A stretch of DNA of 64,000 bases, taken from the NCBI GenBank assembly GCA_965223665.1, contig OZ245011.1, forward strand, positions 2,400,001 to 2,464,000. Direction: 5' to 3'. Made by a program: the position numbers and the translations under genes. The notes below the pieces were generated by a model. It worked only from the letters and a program-made list of their open reading frames with translations, did no database searches and was not told where the DNA came from. Every line of letters starts with the position of its first letter. Within the stretch, counting starts at the first letter, position 1. This document shows, in pieces, positions 28,176 to 37,990 of this stretch. This DNA comes from Nitrospinaceae bacterium (GTDB lineage: Bacteria > Nitrospinota > Nitrospinia > Nitrospinales > Nitrospinaceae).

Positions 28176-30917
28176 TCAAAATTGCCATCCTCGCTCCCAA
28201 CCCAGCTTCATTAGAGCGGGTAACAATGTAACTGAAGTGAACAAACAACTCCCAACCCCTAAAGTCAGCACTGCCCCTAAACTGAATACTCCCTGATGGT
28301 CTGCAATCATTAAACTCCCAAACCCAATCATAGTAGTCAATGATGTTAAAAGTACAGCCTGACCTGTGCTTTTAGAAATCACGTTAGCACCAGAATGGAT
28401 ATCTTCTTTATAACGGTGCATGATATGTACCCCATCAACTACACCGATTCCTAAAATCAATGGCAATATCACTAAATTTGCCAGGTTAAATTGAATGCTG
28501 AATAAGTCCATTAAACCTAATGTTAATATCGCCCCAGCAACGGAAGGTAAAAGAACTAGCAAAGCTGTTTTTAATTTTCTAAATGTGAGCAACAGATAAA
28601 TAAAAATTACTGAAAATGCATAAATCCCGCTTCGAATGTATCCTTCGATCATTAATCGGCTTGAATTATACATATGCACCGCATTACCGGTGACATTGGG
28701 ATCAATTATCTGCATTTCATTTAAAAAACGTTCCATAGATTCACGCTCCCAAATATTTATATTAGGATATATCAATAAAAGATATTTACCTGATGGGCTT
28801 ATGAAGCGTAACTTTAAATCCTGCGGAAATTCATCAATTTTTACTGGAGTGGGGTTGGAAGATTTTTTTAAATCATCAATTTTTTTTCTATAGTCATTAA
28901 ACAGATTTTTTGAAAAATTTTGAAGTTGTGAGTTTGCGACTGCAGGTTCCACTTGTCCAAGTGTATGTTGCAACGCTTTCAATTTTTGAGAGGCTTCAAA
29001 CACTTTATCAGAACTGTTTTCTTTTTCTTTTTTACGTAATTTAAACCTTAGTTTTTTCAAAGTCGCATTAAGCTGATTCAATGAAAAAGCTTCATCTTTA
29101 GGACTCACCTTCAAATCCTCAATTTCGGGGTTAATTTCGGCTATCCATTTTATTTTTTCCTCCTGTTTTTCAGGAAATGCGGTCAATATTGTTTCCACTC
29201 TTCCAACCGTCGGACTCCTTTTAAGTTTCTGAAATTTTTCTTTCGCCTCTTCAAGAGAATCTGCCATCATCGCAGCGTTCCAAGAAGCCCGTTTAGCATT
29301 TTTTATGATTTTCATTTCATAATCTACTGCTTCAATTCCTTTTGCCTGCATGTTAAGCAAATTGTAATCAAAACGCGTATCTTTAGATACCCAACTAGCC
29401 CAAAATAAAAGCAACAATGTAACTAAGATTATCAATAAGTAATGAGAAAAACATTTTTCAAATAACATTTCTTTTTCATATATTTTTTGGGCAGATTGAT
29501 AGACCGGGTTTCCCCAACGTTCATGTAATACAATCAAAGCCGGGAGCAAAATAATCATTCCTAAAAAACAAATTAAAATACCACCAAAAGCAATTATTCC
29601 TAATTCAATGATTCCTACAAAATTACTGAAAGCCATAGCTCCAAAAGCGATAGCAGTTGTGACCGCTCCTGCAAGGTTTCCAACCCCTGTTTTTTGCAAA
29701 GTATTACTTAAAGCCATTGAAACTTTCTGACCAAGCTGCCTTTCCTCTCGGTAACGACAAAGTATATGGATCCCAAAATCAATTCCCAATCCTATTAGAA
29801 TAGTTGTAAATACTACTGAAATTATATTCAGGTGGCCAACCACCAATGTGGTGTATCCTAATGCAACGGCAATACATATCAATAAAGTAAATACTGCAAG
29901 AAGAGGCTGAATCAATCCTCTATAGAATCCAATAAATAATATGGCAACTCCAATTAAGGCATAAAGGGATGCCCGTTTGGCATCTCTATGTGTAGTATAC
30001 ATTTCATCCGAGGCAATGACTTCCCCTCCCGTCAACCCCACCTGGATTTCCGAAAAATCCTTTTTTGTCTCATTGATAATTTCTCGGATATCTTCAATTG
30101 CCTGTTTAGCACCTGCAAAATCTCCAGAGGTTTCTCTAGGGTTAAGCAAAATAAATAACAATTTCTGATCATCGGAGACCAAATAACCTTGCGACTCTAA
30201 ATCATCTGTATTTATTGAAAATAGTTCGCCCCAAGGAGATTCAAATTTCCCTTTCCCTTTTAATCGATTATTTGCTTGATCCAATAAATTAATCAAAAGA
30301 CTTAAGTCTTCTTCATTCTCCTGAATATCTTCATCTTCGGATCCTAAAAAATCCGTCATTAAAGTATCAACAACACCTACGCTTATTTCTTCATTTATAC
30401 TTTGCAAAAGAGTATTTAGGCCAGGGGACTCATTCAATTTAAGCATAAATTCTTCACGATCAATAAGATTCTCTCTAAGCTGAATCAAATCTTCCTGACT
30501 TAAATAAAGGAGGGATTTACTTTTAAAATATTCTGTATCGACTTTAAAATAAATCTCCGAAAAAACATCTTTCTTGTTATTTAACTGGACCACCAACTTT
30601 TCTGCAAAATCTCTCATTTCAGACTGTTTGTTTCCCTCAATCACAACAATCATTCCATCAAAATCTTTAAATTCATTTCGATACTTTTTATAAAGAACGT
30701 GAAAAGGTAAATCTTGAGCTATTAAATCTTTTCGGCTAGTTTTAAATTTTAGATGCTCTGATGTAAACCAAAGACAAAATCCTGCGAGGAATAAGGAAAC
30801 CAAAAGGATGGTCAATGGATGTGAATAGACCCATTGTTCTAGATTTTTAAATCCTTTTATTAAGATATTGGGATTATTATCGGGCGGTTGAGATAGACCT
30901 GGTGTTGAATTTTTCAT
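28176..30917 (-). CDS. MMPL/RND transporter, HpnN (hopanoid transporter)-like
   Basis: Two TM bundles with GLGIDFGIH and GIGVVDGVH, GLTG periplasmic loop, FDYNLLNMQ, TSLTTMIGFGSL. Confidence 0.8.
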   Translation of the reverse strand: MKNSTPGLSQPPDNNPNILIKGFKNLEQWVYSHPLTILLVSLFLAGFCLWFTSEHLKFKTSRKDLIAQDLPFHVLYKKYRNEFKDFDGMIVVIEGNKQSEMRDFAEKLVVQLNNKKDVFSEIYFKVDTEYFKSKSLLYLSQEDLIQLRENLIDREEFMLKLNESPGLNTLLQSINEEISVGVVDTLMTDFLGSEDEDIQENEEDLSLLINLLDQANNRLKGKGKFESPWGELFSINTDDLESQGYLVSDDQKLLFILLNPRETSGDFAGAKQAIEDIREIINETKKDFSEIQVGLTGGEVIASDEMYTTHRDAKRASLYALIGVAILFIGFYRGLIQPLLAVFTLLICIAVALGYTTLVVGHLNIISVVFTTILIGLGIDFGIHILCRYREERQLGQKVSMALSNTLQKTGVGNLAGAVTTAIAFGAMAFSNFVGIIELGIIAFGGILICFLGMIILLPALIVLHERWGNPVYQSAQKIYEKEMLFEKCFSHYLLIILVTLLLLFWASWVSKDTRFDYNLLNMQAKGIEAVDYEMKIIKNAKRASWNAAMMADSLEEAKEKFQKLKRSPTVGRVETILTAFPEKQEEKIKWIAEINPEIEDLKVSPKDEAFSLNQLNATLKKLRFKLRKKEKENSSDKVFEASQKLKALQHTLGQVEPAVANSQLQNFSKNLFNDYRKKIDDLKKSSNPTPVKIDEFPQDLKLRFISPSGKYLLLIYPNINIWERESMERFLNEMQIIDPNVTGNAVHMYNSSRLMIEGYIRSGIYAFSVIFIYLLLTFRKLKTALLVLLPSVAGAILTLGLMDLFSIQFNLANLVILPLILGIGVVDGVHIMHRYKEDIHSGANVISKSTGQAVLLTSLTTMIGFGSLMIADHQGVFSLGAVLTLGVGSCLFTSVTLLPALMKLGWERGWQF

Positions 30918-30925
30918 ACCAATTG

Positions 30926-30934
30926 ATTATAACA
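30926..30934 (-). promoter_or_regulatory. Extended -10 promoter (TGtTATAAT) of the MMPL gene
   Basis: Minus-strand TGTTATAAT ending 8 nt before ATG 30917. No SD in between. Confidence 0.55.
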
Positions 30935-30971
30935 GGTCCAAAGGGAGGGTACTTTAGAAATCCCTGTGTCT

Positions 30972-31793
30972 TTAAAAAGTAAATCCTAATGAGAACACAT
31001 GAGCATTCAATCCAATATTAGGAGATTTTATATTGGAGTTAGAAAGATGCCAAAGTCGATAGTTTAACAAAAAAGAATGACCATCATCACAAAAAATCTC
31101 AACGCCAGCACCAGTTTGTAAAATAAATTCAAATGCCGTGCTAATTTCACGGGCCGCTTCATGCCAGTCCCCTATCGAAAAACCTGCGCCCCCAAAAACA
31201 TATGGGGCCCACTTTCGCTGGGGATTTATGAATTTATATTCTACTTGAATGGGAGTGAATCCAAACAAAAAATTAGGAGCATTATCAGTTTTTACACCGT
31301 TTCTATCAGGATCAGCAATTGAAATGGCTGTCCCCGCTTCGATCACCCAAAACAAAGCCCCTTGAAAAAAAGATTTCCCAATCAATCCAGTTAAGTTGTA
31401 TTTAAAAAACGGAAAAAAATAAACGAAATCTATATTTGTCCGATCATTCACAGCCGAACTCACAGGTGGAAGATCGAAAGTATATCCGTAACCTAATTGG
31501 ATGCCAAATTCCTTGGTTCCCCTTGCAAACCGTGAATTAGTTGAGGTAGATGGGAAACTTTGTTTACTTTCGGAAACTTGATCGTTAGAAGAAATGTTTT
31601 TAGTCAGGAGTTTTTTTCCAGTTAGATTATTAATCTGAAATTCACGAAAAGAATTTGGATATTTCCGATCGGTATTTTGATGAACTTCCGCAAAGGATGT
31701 ATTCCAACCAAATGCAAAAATTAAAGTAACTAAACAAATCAAGGGGTTCAAAGGAAACATAACGATATGAAGGAAATTTTGAAATTTTACCAC
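30972..31793 (-). CDS. Outer-membrane beta-barrel, acyloxyacyl hydrolase (PagL-like) family
   Basis: Signal peptide, PYVFGGAG, F..Q.GAG, YRLWHLSNSNIKSPNIGLN, terminal Phe. Start uncertain (ATG 31760 possible). Confidence 0.75.
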   Translation of the reverse strand: MVKFQNFLHIVMFPLNPLICLVTLIFAFGWNTSFAEVHQNTDRKYPNSFREFQINNLTGKKLLTKNISSNDQVSESKQSFPSTSTNSRFARGTKEFGIQLGYGYTFDLPPVSSAVNDRTNIDFVYFFPFFKYNLTGLIGKSFFQGALFWVIEAGTAISIADPDRNGVKTDNAPNFLFGFTPIQVEYKFINPQRKWAPYVFGGAGFSIGDWHEAAREISTAFEFILQTGAGVEIFCDDGHSFLLNYRLWHLSNSNIKSPNIGLNAHVFSLGFTF

Positions 31794-32097
31794 AAATCAA
31801 ATTTACATTATTTTTTCATTAGTTTAATGAGTCGAAAATTTAATTCAAACCCTACAACAATTATTTAAAAAAATTTACCCGCCTAAAAAAAGTACTTAAA
31901 ATACGCTTTAAGAAACTATTAAGTTTGTCAACTAAAAGTGAGGGTGTTAGAATTTGGAACAAATTAATGATGATATGGAATAAACCTATAAATCAACCGG
32001 GAAACTTTTTTGAATTTCAAAATTCATCGTTCAATAAAACATATAGTAACTAGTTGATTTAATTAATAAAAGTAAATTTTTTCCACTTTCTTTATAA

Positions 32098-32123
32098 TGA
32101 AACCTTTTTTATTTTTCAGCATC
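32098..32123 (+). promoter_or_regulatory. Candidate autoregulatory ECF promoter
   Basis: TGAAAC-N16-CATC, 86 nt upstream of the ECF sigma gene. The AAC -35 core is typical of ECF promoters. Confidence 0.4.
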
Positions 32124-32209
32124 ACAATTAAGCTCCCTGAATTCAAAATTTGGGCTGAGTTTAAAGGTGAACCAATTTTTTCAAAACCTTTAATAAACAG
32201 GCCCTAATA

Positions 32210-32830
32210 ATGAGTTCGCAGGCAGAAAAAGAGCAGGACGATATACTTGTTCGTGATATGAAAGCCGGAAAAATGGAGGCTTTTGATAAAATTGTTGAAC
32301 TTTACCAACGCAAAATATACGCGTTGGCCTTTAACATGACACGGAACCAAATGGATGCTCAAGATGTAGCCCAAGACGTTTTGTTGAGTATTTATAAGAA
32401 AATTCATACTTTCCAAGGAAAATCAGCCTTTTCAAGTTGGGTTTATCGCATTACTCTAAATGCAACATATATGAAATTAAGAAACAAAAAAAAGGAACAG
32501 CATATTTCTTTAGATGAAATGCTTCCATCTTTTAATAATAGCGGGTATCAAGTAGAAAAGATTACCGATTGGTCTGAAAACACAGAGTCTCTTTTATTTA
32601 CAAACGAGATGAAAAGTAATATTGGTAAAGCCGTGGATCAATTACCCGAAAAGGAAAAAGTAGTTTTTATTTTGCGGGATGTTGAAGGGTTATCAACAGA
32701 AAAAGTCAGCGAGATATTAGACTTAACCATTCCGGCTGTGAAATCTAGATTACACCGTGCAAGATTATTTTTGAGAAAAAAGCTTTCAAATTATTTTGAT
32801 GAGTATTCTGTCCAAGGAGGAAAGCAATGA
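32210..32830 (+). CDS. ECF RNA polymerase sigma factor
   Basis: DAQDVAQD, FQGKSAFSSWVYRI (region 2). LRDVEGLS..., VKSRLHRAR (region 4). Confidence 0.95.
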   Translation: MSSQAEKEQDDILVRDMKAGKMEAFDKIVELYQRKIYALAFNMTRNQMDAQDVAQDVLLSIYKKIHTFQGKSAFSSWVYRITLNATYMKLRNKKKEQHISLDEMLPSFNNSGYQVEKITDWSENTESLLFTNEMKSNIGKAVDQLPEKEKVVFILRDVEGLSTEKVSEILDLTIPAVKSRLHRARLFLRKKLSNYFDEYSVQGGKQ

Positions 32831-33069
32831 TCTGTTGTAAAGAATGTTTAGATTTATTGTTCGATTACCTTGAAGGTAACCTGGACGATGAAACCTCTTC
32901 TTCTTTAGATGAGCACCTCCAAGATTGTCCTCCTTGCATTAACTTTTTAAGGACGTACAAGAAAACTACTGTGATTTGTAGAGAATCCTTAGGTAAAAAC
33001 GATATACCTGATGTTGTTCAAATGAAGTTGAAAGAATTTTTAGACAAAAACATCCAAAAAAGCGGATAA
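32827..33069 (+). CDS. Soluble zinc-binding anti-sigma factor (zf-HC2)
   Basis: ATGA overlap with sigma. C...L.DYL.G.L....HLQDCPPC (HxxxCxxC). No TM segment. Confidence 0.9.
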   Translation: MICCKECLDLLFDYLEGNLDDETSSSLDEHLQDCPPCINFLRTYKKTTVICRESLGKNDIPDVVQMKLKEFLDKNIQKSG

Positions 33070-33229
33070 ACCCTAACTTTTATCAAACCTTCCTTTACCT
33101 GACGAAAAGATAAGTTTGACAAACATTTTAATTACTGATTAACTATATAAATCAATAGGTTTATATTTTGGGCGGAATTTTTTAATCCTTTATCCCAATC
33201 CATCATTTTTTCTTGCTTAGGAATTCCAA

Positions 33230-33718
33230 ATGGTTGAAATGAAAGTCGAAGGATTGACCTTGGACCCTCTTACAAATATGCCAATTATTATTTTAAAGGA
33301 TTTAGCTGGCAATAGGGCTTTGCCAATTTGGGTCGGTTTTTTCGAAGCAAATGCCATTGCTTTAGAAATTGAAAAAATCACAACCCCTCGACCTATGACT
33401 CACGACCTAATGAAAAATGTAATTAATGACCTAAATGGAGAAATTAAACACATTTTAGTTAGCGAATTGCGTGATAATACTTTTTACGCTGTTATTTCTG
33501 TAACCAATGGAGGAAACACCTTAAGTATAGACTCCCGTCCCAGCGATGCCATTGCATTAGCTTTAAGAGTCAAGGCCCCAATTTTTGTAAATGAAGAAGT
33601 TATTGAAGCTGCAAAAAGCTTAGATATTCCTGAATCAGCCAAAAATGTTTCAGAAGAAAAAGATCAGTGGAAAAAGTGGCTGGATAACATTAAACCTCAG
33701 GATTTTGGAAACCTTTAG
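33230..33718 (+). CDS. Bifunctional nuclease family protein (DUF151)
   Basis: LPIWVG..EA.AI, PRPMTHDL, DSRPSDAIALALR. Confidence 0.92.
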   Translation: MVEMKVEGLTLDPLTNMPIIILKDLAGNRALPIWVGFFEANAIALEIEKITTPRPMTHDLMKNVINDLNGEIKHILVSELRDNTFYAVISVTNGGNTLSIDSRPSDAIALALRVKAPIFVNEEVIEAAKSLDIPESAKNVSEEKDQWKKWLDNIKPQDFGNL

Positions 33719-33917
33719 CTTTCCTGTTAAGACCTATCCTTTTTTCAAACCCTAAGTAAATCTGCTATAACATACCTAGTCGTTAAATTTATTTAGATTA
33801 TGTTAGGTTTAATCTGGTAATTTGACGTCGAAATCTAATAGAATTCCTATTGCCAAATTGTTTTTGGTTTTTCAAACAAGCATGTGATTTTTTAATTAGC
33901 TTGATATTTAATTTCTT

Positions 33918-34817
33918 ATGGAAGATAAATCTTTGGGATCTATAAAAAACATTGGAATATTCTGTAAACAAAAGCCCCGCATCAGTAATGAGGTCTTGGA
34001 GGAACTCACTCAATGGCTTCGAAAAAAAGGGCTTAAGGTTTTTATGGCCGATGAAACTGCCGCCATTATTGGGGAAACCTCTTCTCTGAGTTCCAAGGAA
34101 ATCCCACCAAAGGTCGATCTGATTATCGTACTAGGAGGGGATGGTACGCTGTTAAGTGTGGCAAGATTATCCCATCTTTATAAGGTTCCTCTTTTAGCTG
34201 TAAACTTAGGGAGCCTGGGGTTTTTAACAGAGGTATCACTTTCAGAAATGTATCAAACACTCGAAAGAATATTAAATGGGGAATCTACCATTGAAAATAG
34301 GATGCTATTAAAAGGTTCTCTTAGCAAAAATGGAGACCTCACTCGGGAAGACTTTGCACTCAACGATGTTGTAATTAATAAAAGTGCAGCACGAATTGTA
34401 AACCTAGAAGTATTAGTAAATTACCAATACATGACCTCCTATCGGGCAGATGGATTAATTATCGCAACCCCAACGGGTTCTACCGCTTATTCTTTATCGG
34501 CAGGGGGTCCCATTATGCACCCAAGAATGCATGCTTTGTTGTTATGCCCCATTTGCCCCTTTGCTTTGACAAACCGACCTATAGTGATCCCCGATGATTC
34601 TACTATTCAAATAAAAATTACCACTGAAGAAGAAGTCCAGGTAACACTTGATGGTCAAGTAGGATATAAGATGTATAACAACGATATTTTAGAGGTCAAA
34701 AAAAGCCCCAATCCTATTAGTTTAATTTTAGCGCCCGGAAAAAATTATTACGAAATCCTCAGAAAAAAACTGCATTGGGGAAGATTCGCAGATGAACAAA
34801 AAAATAAAAAAAACTGA
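33918..34817 (+). CDS. nadK: NAD kinase
   Basis: LGGDGTLL, NLGSLGFL, ALNDVV, DGLIIATPTGSTAYSLSAGGP. Confidence 0.96.
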   Translation: MEDKSLGSIKNIGIFCKQKPRISNEVLEELTQWLRKKGLKVFMADETAAIIGETSSLSSKEIPPKVDLIIVLGGDGTLLSVARLSHLYKVPLLAVNLGSLGFLTEVSLSEMYQTLERILNGESTIENRMLLKGSLSKNGDLTREDFALNDVVINKSAARIVNLEVLVNYQYMTSYRADGLIIATPTGSTAYSLSAGGPIMHPRMHALLLCPICPFALTNRPIVIPDDSTIQIKITTEEEVQVTLDGQVGYKMYNNDILEVKKSPNPISLILAPGKNYYEILRKKLHWGRFADEQKNKKN

Positions 34818-35778
34818 TTCTTCTTCCAAAAATAAATCATTTCAAATCTCTCCCCCAAAACCAAACCAAAGTATTATTGTTTGCGGAAAACCTTTTTCAA
34901 TAAATGCATCGGTAGTTCTTTGGAACCAAAAGGGAGGACTCAAATGTCCCAATAAACGAGGTCGGTCTACCTGCAATCAACATCATAACTCTCTCAATGA
35001 TGCACCCACTCAAACCGAAAATAATTATAAAATTTTAAATACAGAAAAGGCTTTTCAAGAATTAAACAAGGCCGTTTATCAACTGATACTACATTATGAT
35101 GTTTGTTTCAGTTCTCACCATTGTCATCAGATATTAAAAAACAGCTCTTTTAAAGGTAGTCATTTTTATCTCGATTTAGACGGAACTATTTTTCAAACTT
35201 GTGATCTTTATTGGAAAACTAATACTGCTCCAGCAGATGATCGCATAGGAAATGAAAGGGCAATTCATATCGAAATTGCGAATTTATCGTGGCAAGCTCT
35301 TTCTGAAGAGTCGGATCTTCATCACTTAAAAAAAAATGCATACATCAAAACCAAGCAAGGATGGAAACTATTATTACCTGAGGTTTGGAAGAAGAAACTA
35401 AGGACAAAAAACTTTCAACCTATTACCGCACGAAGCTACGGTTCCAGGGGATATTTTAGTCGCCGCATAAATGGAAAAATTGTAAGAATGTGGGATTTTA
35501 CAGAAGAACAATATCAAGCGCTCATTCAATTAGCTATTGGAGTCAATAAAGCTCTTCCAAATATTTCTTTAAAAGTACCCTTCGACAAAAGTAAAAGAAG
35601 GACACCTCTGGACAAAATCAAAAATTTTTCTTCATTTAGAGGAATTTTAGGGCACTCTCATGTTCAGGCTGGGAGTCCCCAAGGAATCAGAAAAAAGTAT
35701 GACCCGGGATCTTCCTTTAATTGGGGAAGATTAAGAAGAGCTTTTAAAAAACATCATTCTTCCAATAATTCAAAATAA
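34792..35778 (+). CDS. N-acetylmuramoyl-L-alanine amidase (Amidase_2)
   Basis: LILHYD, SHFYLDLDGTIFQ, N...I.IEI, FTEEQY..L, GILGH, KYDPG. Confidence 0.8.
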   Translation: MNKKIKKTDSSSKNKSFQISPPKPNQSIIVCGKPFSINASVVLWNQKGGLKCPNKRGRSTCNQHHNSLNDAPTQTENNYKILNTEKAFQELNKAVYQLILHYDVCFSSHHCHQILKNSSFKGSHFYLDLDGTIFQTCDLYWKTNTAPADDRIGNERAIHIEIANLSWQALSEESDLHHLKKNAYIKTKQGWKLLLPEVWKKKLRTKNFQPITARSYGSRGYFSRRINGKIVRMWDFTEEQYQALIQLAIGVNKALPNISLKVPFDKSKRRTPLDKIKNFSSFRGILGHSHVQAGSPQGIRKKYDPGSSFNWGRLRRAFKKHHSSNNSK

Positions 35779-35931
35779 AGTTCTTTTTTATTTTATTAAC
35801 CATTTTCCAGTTCAATTTTTGTTTGGTGTTTTATTAAAAGGTTTTGTTAAAATAAAGAAGTTGACCAAATCCTACATTTAAGGTTAGTTTGTAAAAACTC
35901 TTCCTTTTTAATTAATCACTAAGGACCCCAA

Positions 35932-36432
35932 ATGAAGAGGCGTTTTTTTTCTTTTTTCCTTGTTTTTTTGTTTTTTACCATTCCCAGTTTTTCCAGTGCT
36001 GAAACTTGGTATGTAAAATCTTCTAAAACAAAAGTGACGCAAAAACCCTCACCCCGTTCCAAAAAAGTGGCTGTTTTAACCGCAGGAACTCCCGTAAAAA
36101 TATTAAAAAAAGATAAACGGTTTTTTAAAATTTCTACAAAGGGGAAAAGCGGATGGGTGTTTAAATTTAAACTTACCAATAAAAAGCCTTCTGGATCAAA
36201 GCGAGGAGGCGGATTAGATGGATTATTGGGAAATCAAAAAATGGCCGCAGCGGAATCTTCATCCGGTTCCAGTATTCGAGGACTTAGCCCCATATCCGAA
36301 AAACATGCCAAAGCCCATGGAGTTTCTGAAGAAAATATTAAGGCTGTCCAACAAATGGAGGAATATTCTATTTCTGCAAACGAATTAGACCAGTTTCTCT
36401 CTGAAGGAAAATTAAGGGAGTACGCAGAGTGA
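35932..36432 (+). CDS. Secreted SH3-domain protein
   Basis: Signal peptide, SH3b-like (L..G..V.IL......KI....GWV), C-terminal RGL...LDQFL.EGKL. Confidence 0.75.
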   Translation: MKRRFFSFFLVFLFFTIPSFSSAETWYVKSSKTKVTQKPSPRSKKVAVLTAGTPVKILKKDKRFFKISTKGKSGWVFKFKLTNKKPSGSKRGGGLDGLLGNQKMAAAESSSGSSIRGLSPISEKHAKAHGVSEENIKAVQQMEEYSISANELDQFLSEGKLREYAE

Positions 36433-37502
36433 AAAAATTCAAAACTTTAAGTTTATTTCTAGTATTAATATGTTTTTTATGGACGTTCAGTTGGGCCAAT
36501 GATTTAGAAAATTTTTTTAAGGAATTACAAAAACCACAGCAGCCTGCTTCTCAAAAACATAAGGAAGAAAAACCAGCTCCTTCTACACAAAAAAAATCTA
36601 CCAAACCCGTTTCAAAGACCCCACCACCGACTACTCCCAAAAAAGAATCTCCTTTGGCTACTCCTATAACTCCCTCTAATGAACCAGAGGAAGGGCAAAA
36701 AGGATTACTGGGTATTCTGGAGAAAAAAGGAGTATTAGATAAAAAAACCTCTCGGATTATTCGTGGTGCAGGACAAGTTGTTCAATCCATGCAACCCATT
36801 GGGTACCAGGAGGAACGTGCAATTGGGGGCTCCCTGGCATTAGAGGTCCTCAATCGTTTTGGAGGAGCCTATCCTAATCCAAGACTACAAAAATACATTT
36901 CTTTAGTTGGTCAATCTGTAGTTTCGGTTTCTGATCGGGCTGATATTCCTTATCACTTTGCTGTAATCAACTCCGAGGTTCCAAATGCCTTTGCCACACC
37001 AGGTGGATATGTATTCGTTAGTGTGGGATTACTAAAGTTGTTAAGAAATGAAGCAGAGCTTGCAGGAGTTTTAGGCCATGAAGTTGCGCATATTACTCAC
37101 CGTCATGCGCTACAAACTTTGGAGCGAAGTAAAAAGCTAAAGGGTGTTTCTTCTCTAACTACCGCTGTAATGAATAAAGATCCCGCATTATTTGACAATA
37201 TAATTAATCAAGTTACAGAAGTATTATTCACCAAAGGACTCGACAAAGAACTTGAGTTTGAAGCTGATAAAGTAGGTATGGAATATGCTTATCGAGTGGG
37301 TTACCGGCCAAATGGATTAAGAGAATTCCTAAAAGTATTGCACCACAATACAAAACACGATTCCATTTTTTTTAGTACCCATCCTAGTCCGAGAGAAAGA
37401 TACAATAGGATGACTCCTCATATTGAACAATTAGATGACGCTAAATTTGCACCCCAATTAGCCAATCGCTTCACACTTTGGACCAAGGGGCAATTCCGAT
37501 GA
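36429..37502 (+). CDS. M48 family metallopeptidase
   Basis: NAFATPGG, ELAGVLGHEVAH (HExxH), EFEAD, FSTHP. Signal peptide and Pro/Lys-rich linker. Confidence 0.92.
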   Translation: MKKFKTLSLFLVLICFLWTFSWANDLENFFKELQKPQQPASQKHKEEKPAPSTQKKSTKPVSKTPPPTTPKKESPLATPITPSNEPEEGQKGLLGILEKKGVLDKKTSRIIRGAGQVVQSMQPIGYQEERAIGGSLALEVLNRFGGAYPNPRLQKYISLVGQSVVSVSDRADIPYHFAVINSEVPNAFATPGGYVFVSVGLLKLLRNEAELAGVLGHEVAHITHRHALQTLERSKKLKGVSSLTTAVMNKDPALFDNIINQVTEVLFTKGLDKELEFEADKVGMEYAYRVGYRPNGLREFLKVLHHNTKHDSIFFSTHPSPRERYNRMTPHIEQLDDAKFAPQLANRFTLWTKGQFR

Positions 37503-37975
37503 AAACAGGATTATTTAGGGAAGAACTACCTGGCGAGAAAAAAAGTATTATTAACTTACTTTTGACCGGTTATCTGGTGGTAATATCGATATTGGGTTAT
37601 TTTGCTTTTTATCTTTCCATTCAGTTAAAACAAATGGAACGAGTTTTAGAAGCTGTAAAACCCGAAACTCTCAACGCAGATCAAATAAATGTACTTGTAG
37701 AAAGATTGCTATTATCTACTGGTAGAATGCATGATGAAATTATTTGGCTGGCCATATTGGGGAGCATTTTTACAATTATTGGGGGAATTTATACTTATAA
37801 CATGGTGGTTCGACCATTAAGAAAATTAGTGGCCTATGCAGAAAAGGAAAAAAACGAATTACCAGAAATAAAAACCAATAACGAAATAAAACAACTCATG
37901 ACCGTTATGACAGAAAGAATGCCCTTCAATGGGGATACATCTGTAACCCCTAAAACTACCCCACCCAAAAATTAA
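37499..37975 (+). CDS. Two-TM membrane protein with partial HAMP domain and no output domain
   Basis: ATGA coupling at 37499. Two hydrophobic helices, then VVRPLRKL...NEIKQL. Confidence 0.6.
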   Translation: MKTGLFREELPGEKKSIINLLLTGYLVVISILGYFAFYLSIQLKQMERVLEAVKPETLNADQINVLVERLLLSTGRMHDEIIWLAILGSIFTIIGGIYTYNMVVRPLRKLVAYAEKEKNELPEIKTNNEIKQLMTVMTERMPFNGDTSVTPKTTPPKN

Positions 37976-37990
37976 TTCCTTATTTATTTC

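Noticed and set aside
31794-32209. ncRNA or mobile remnant in the largest intergenic gap
   Set aside because: Very AT-rich divergent promoter region with only weak hairpins and no terminal repeats.
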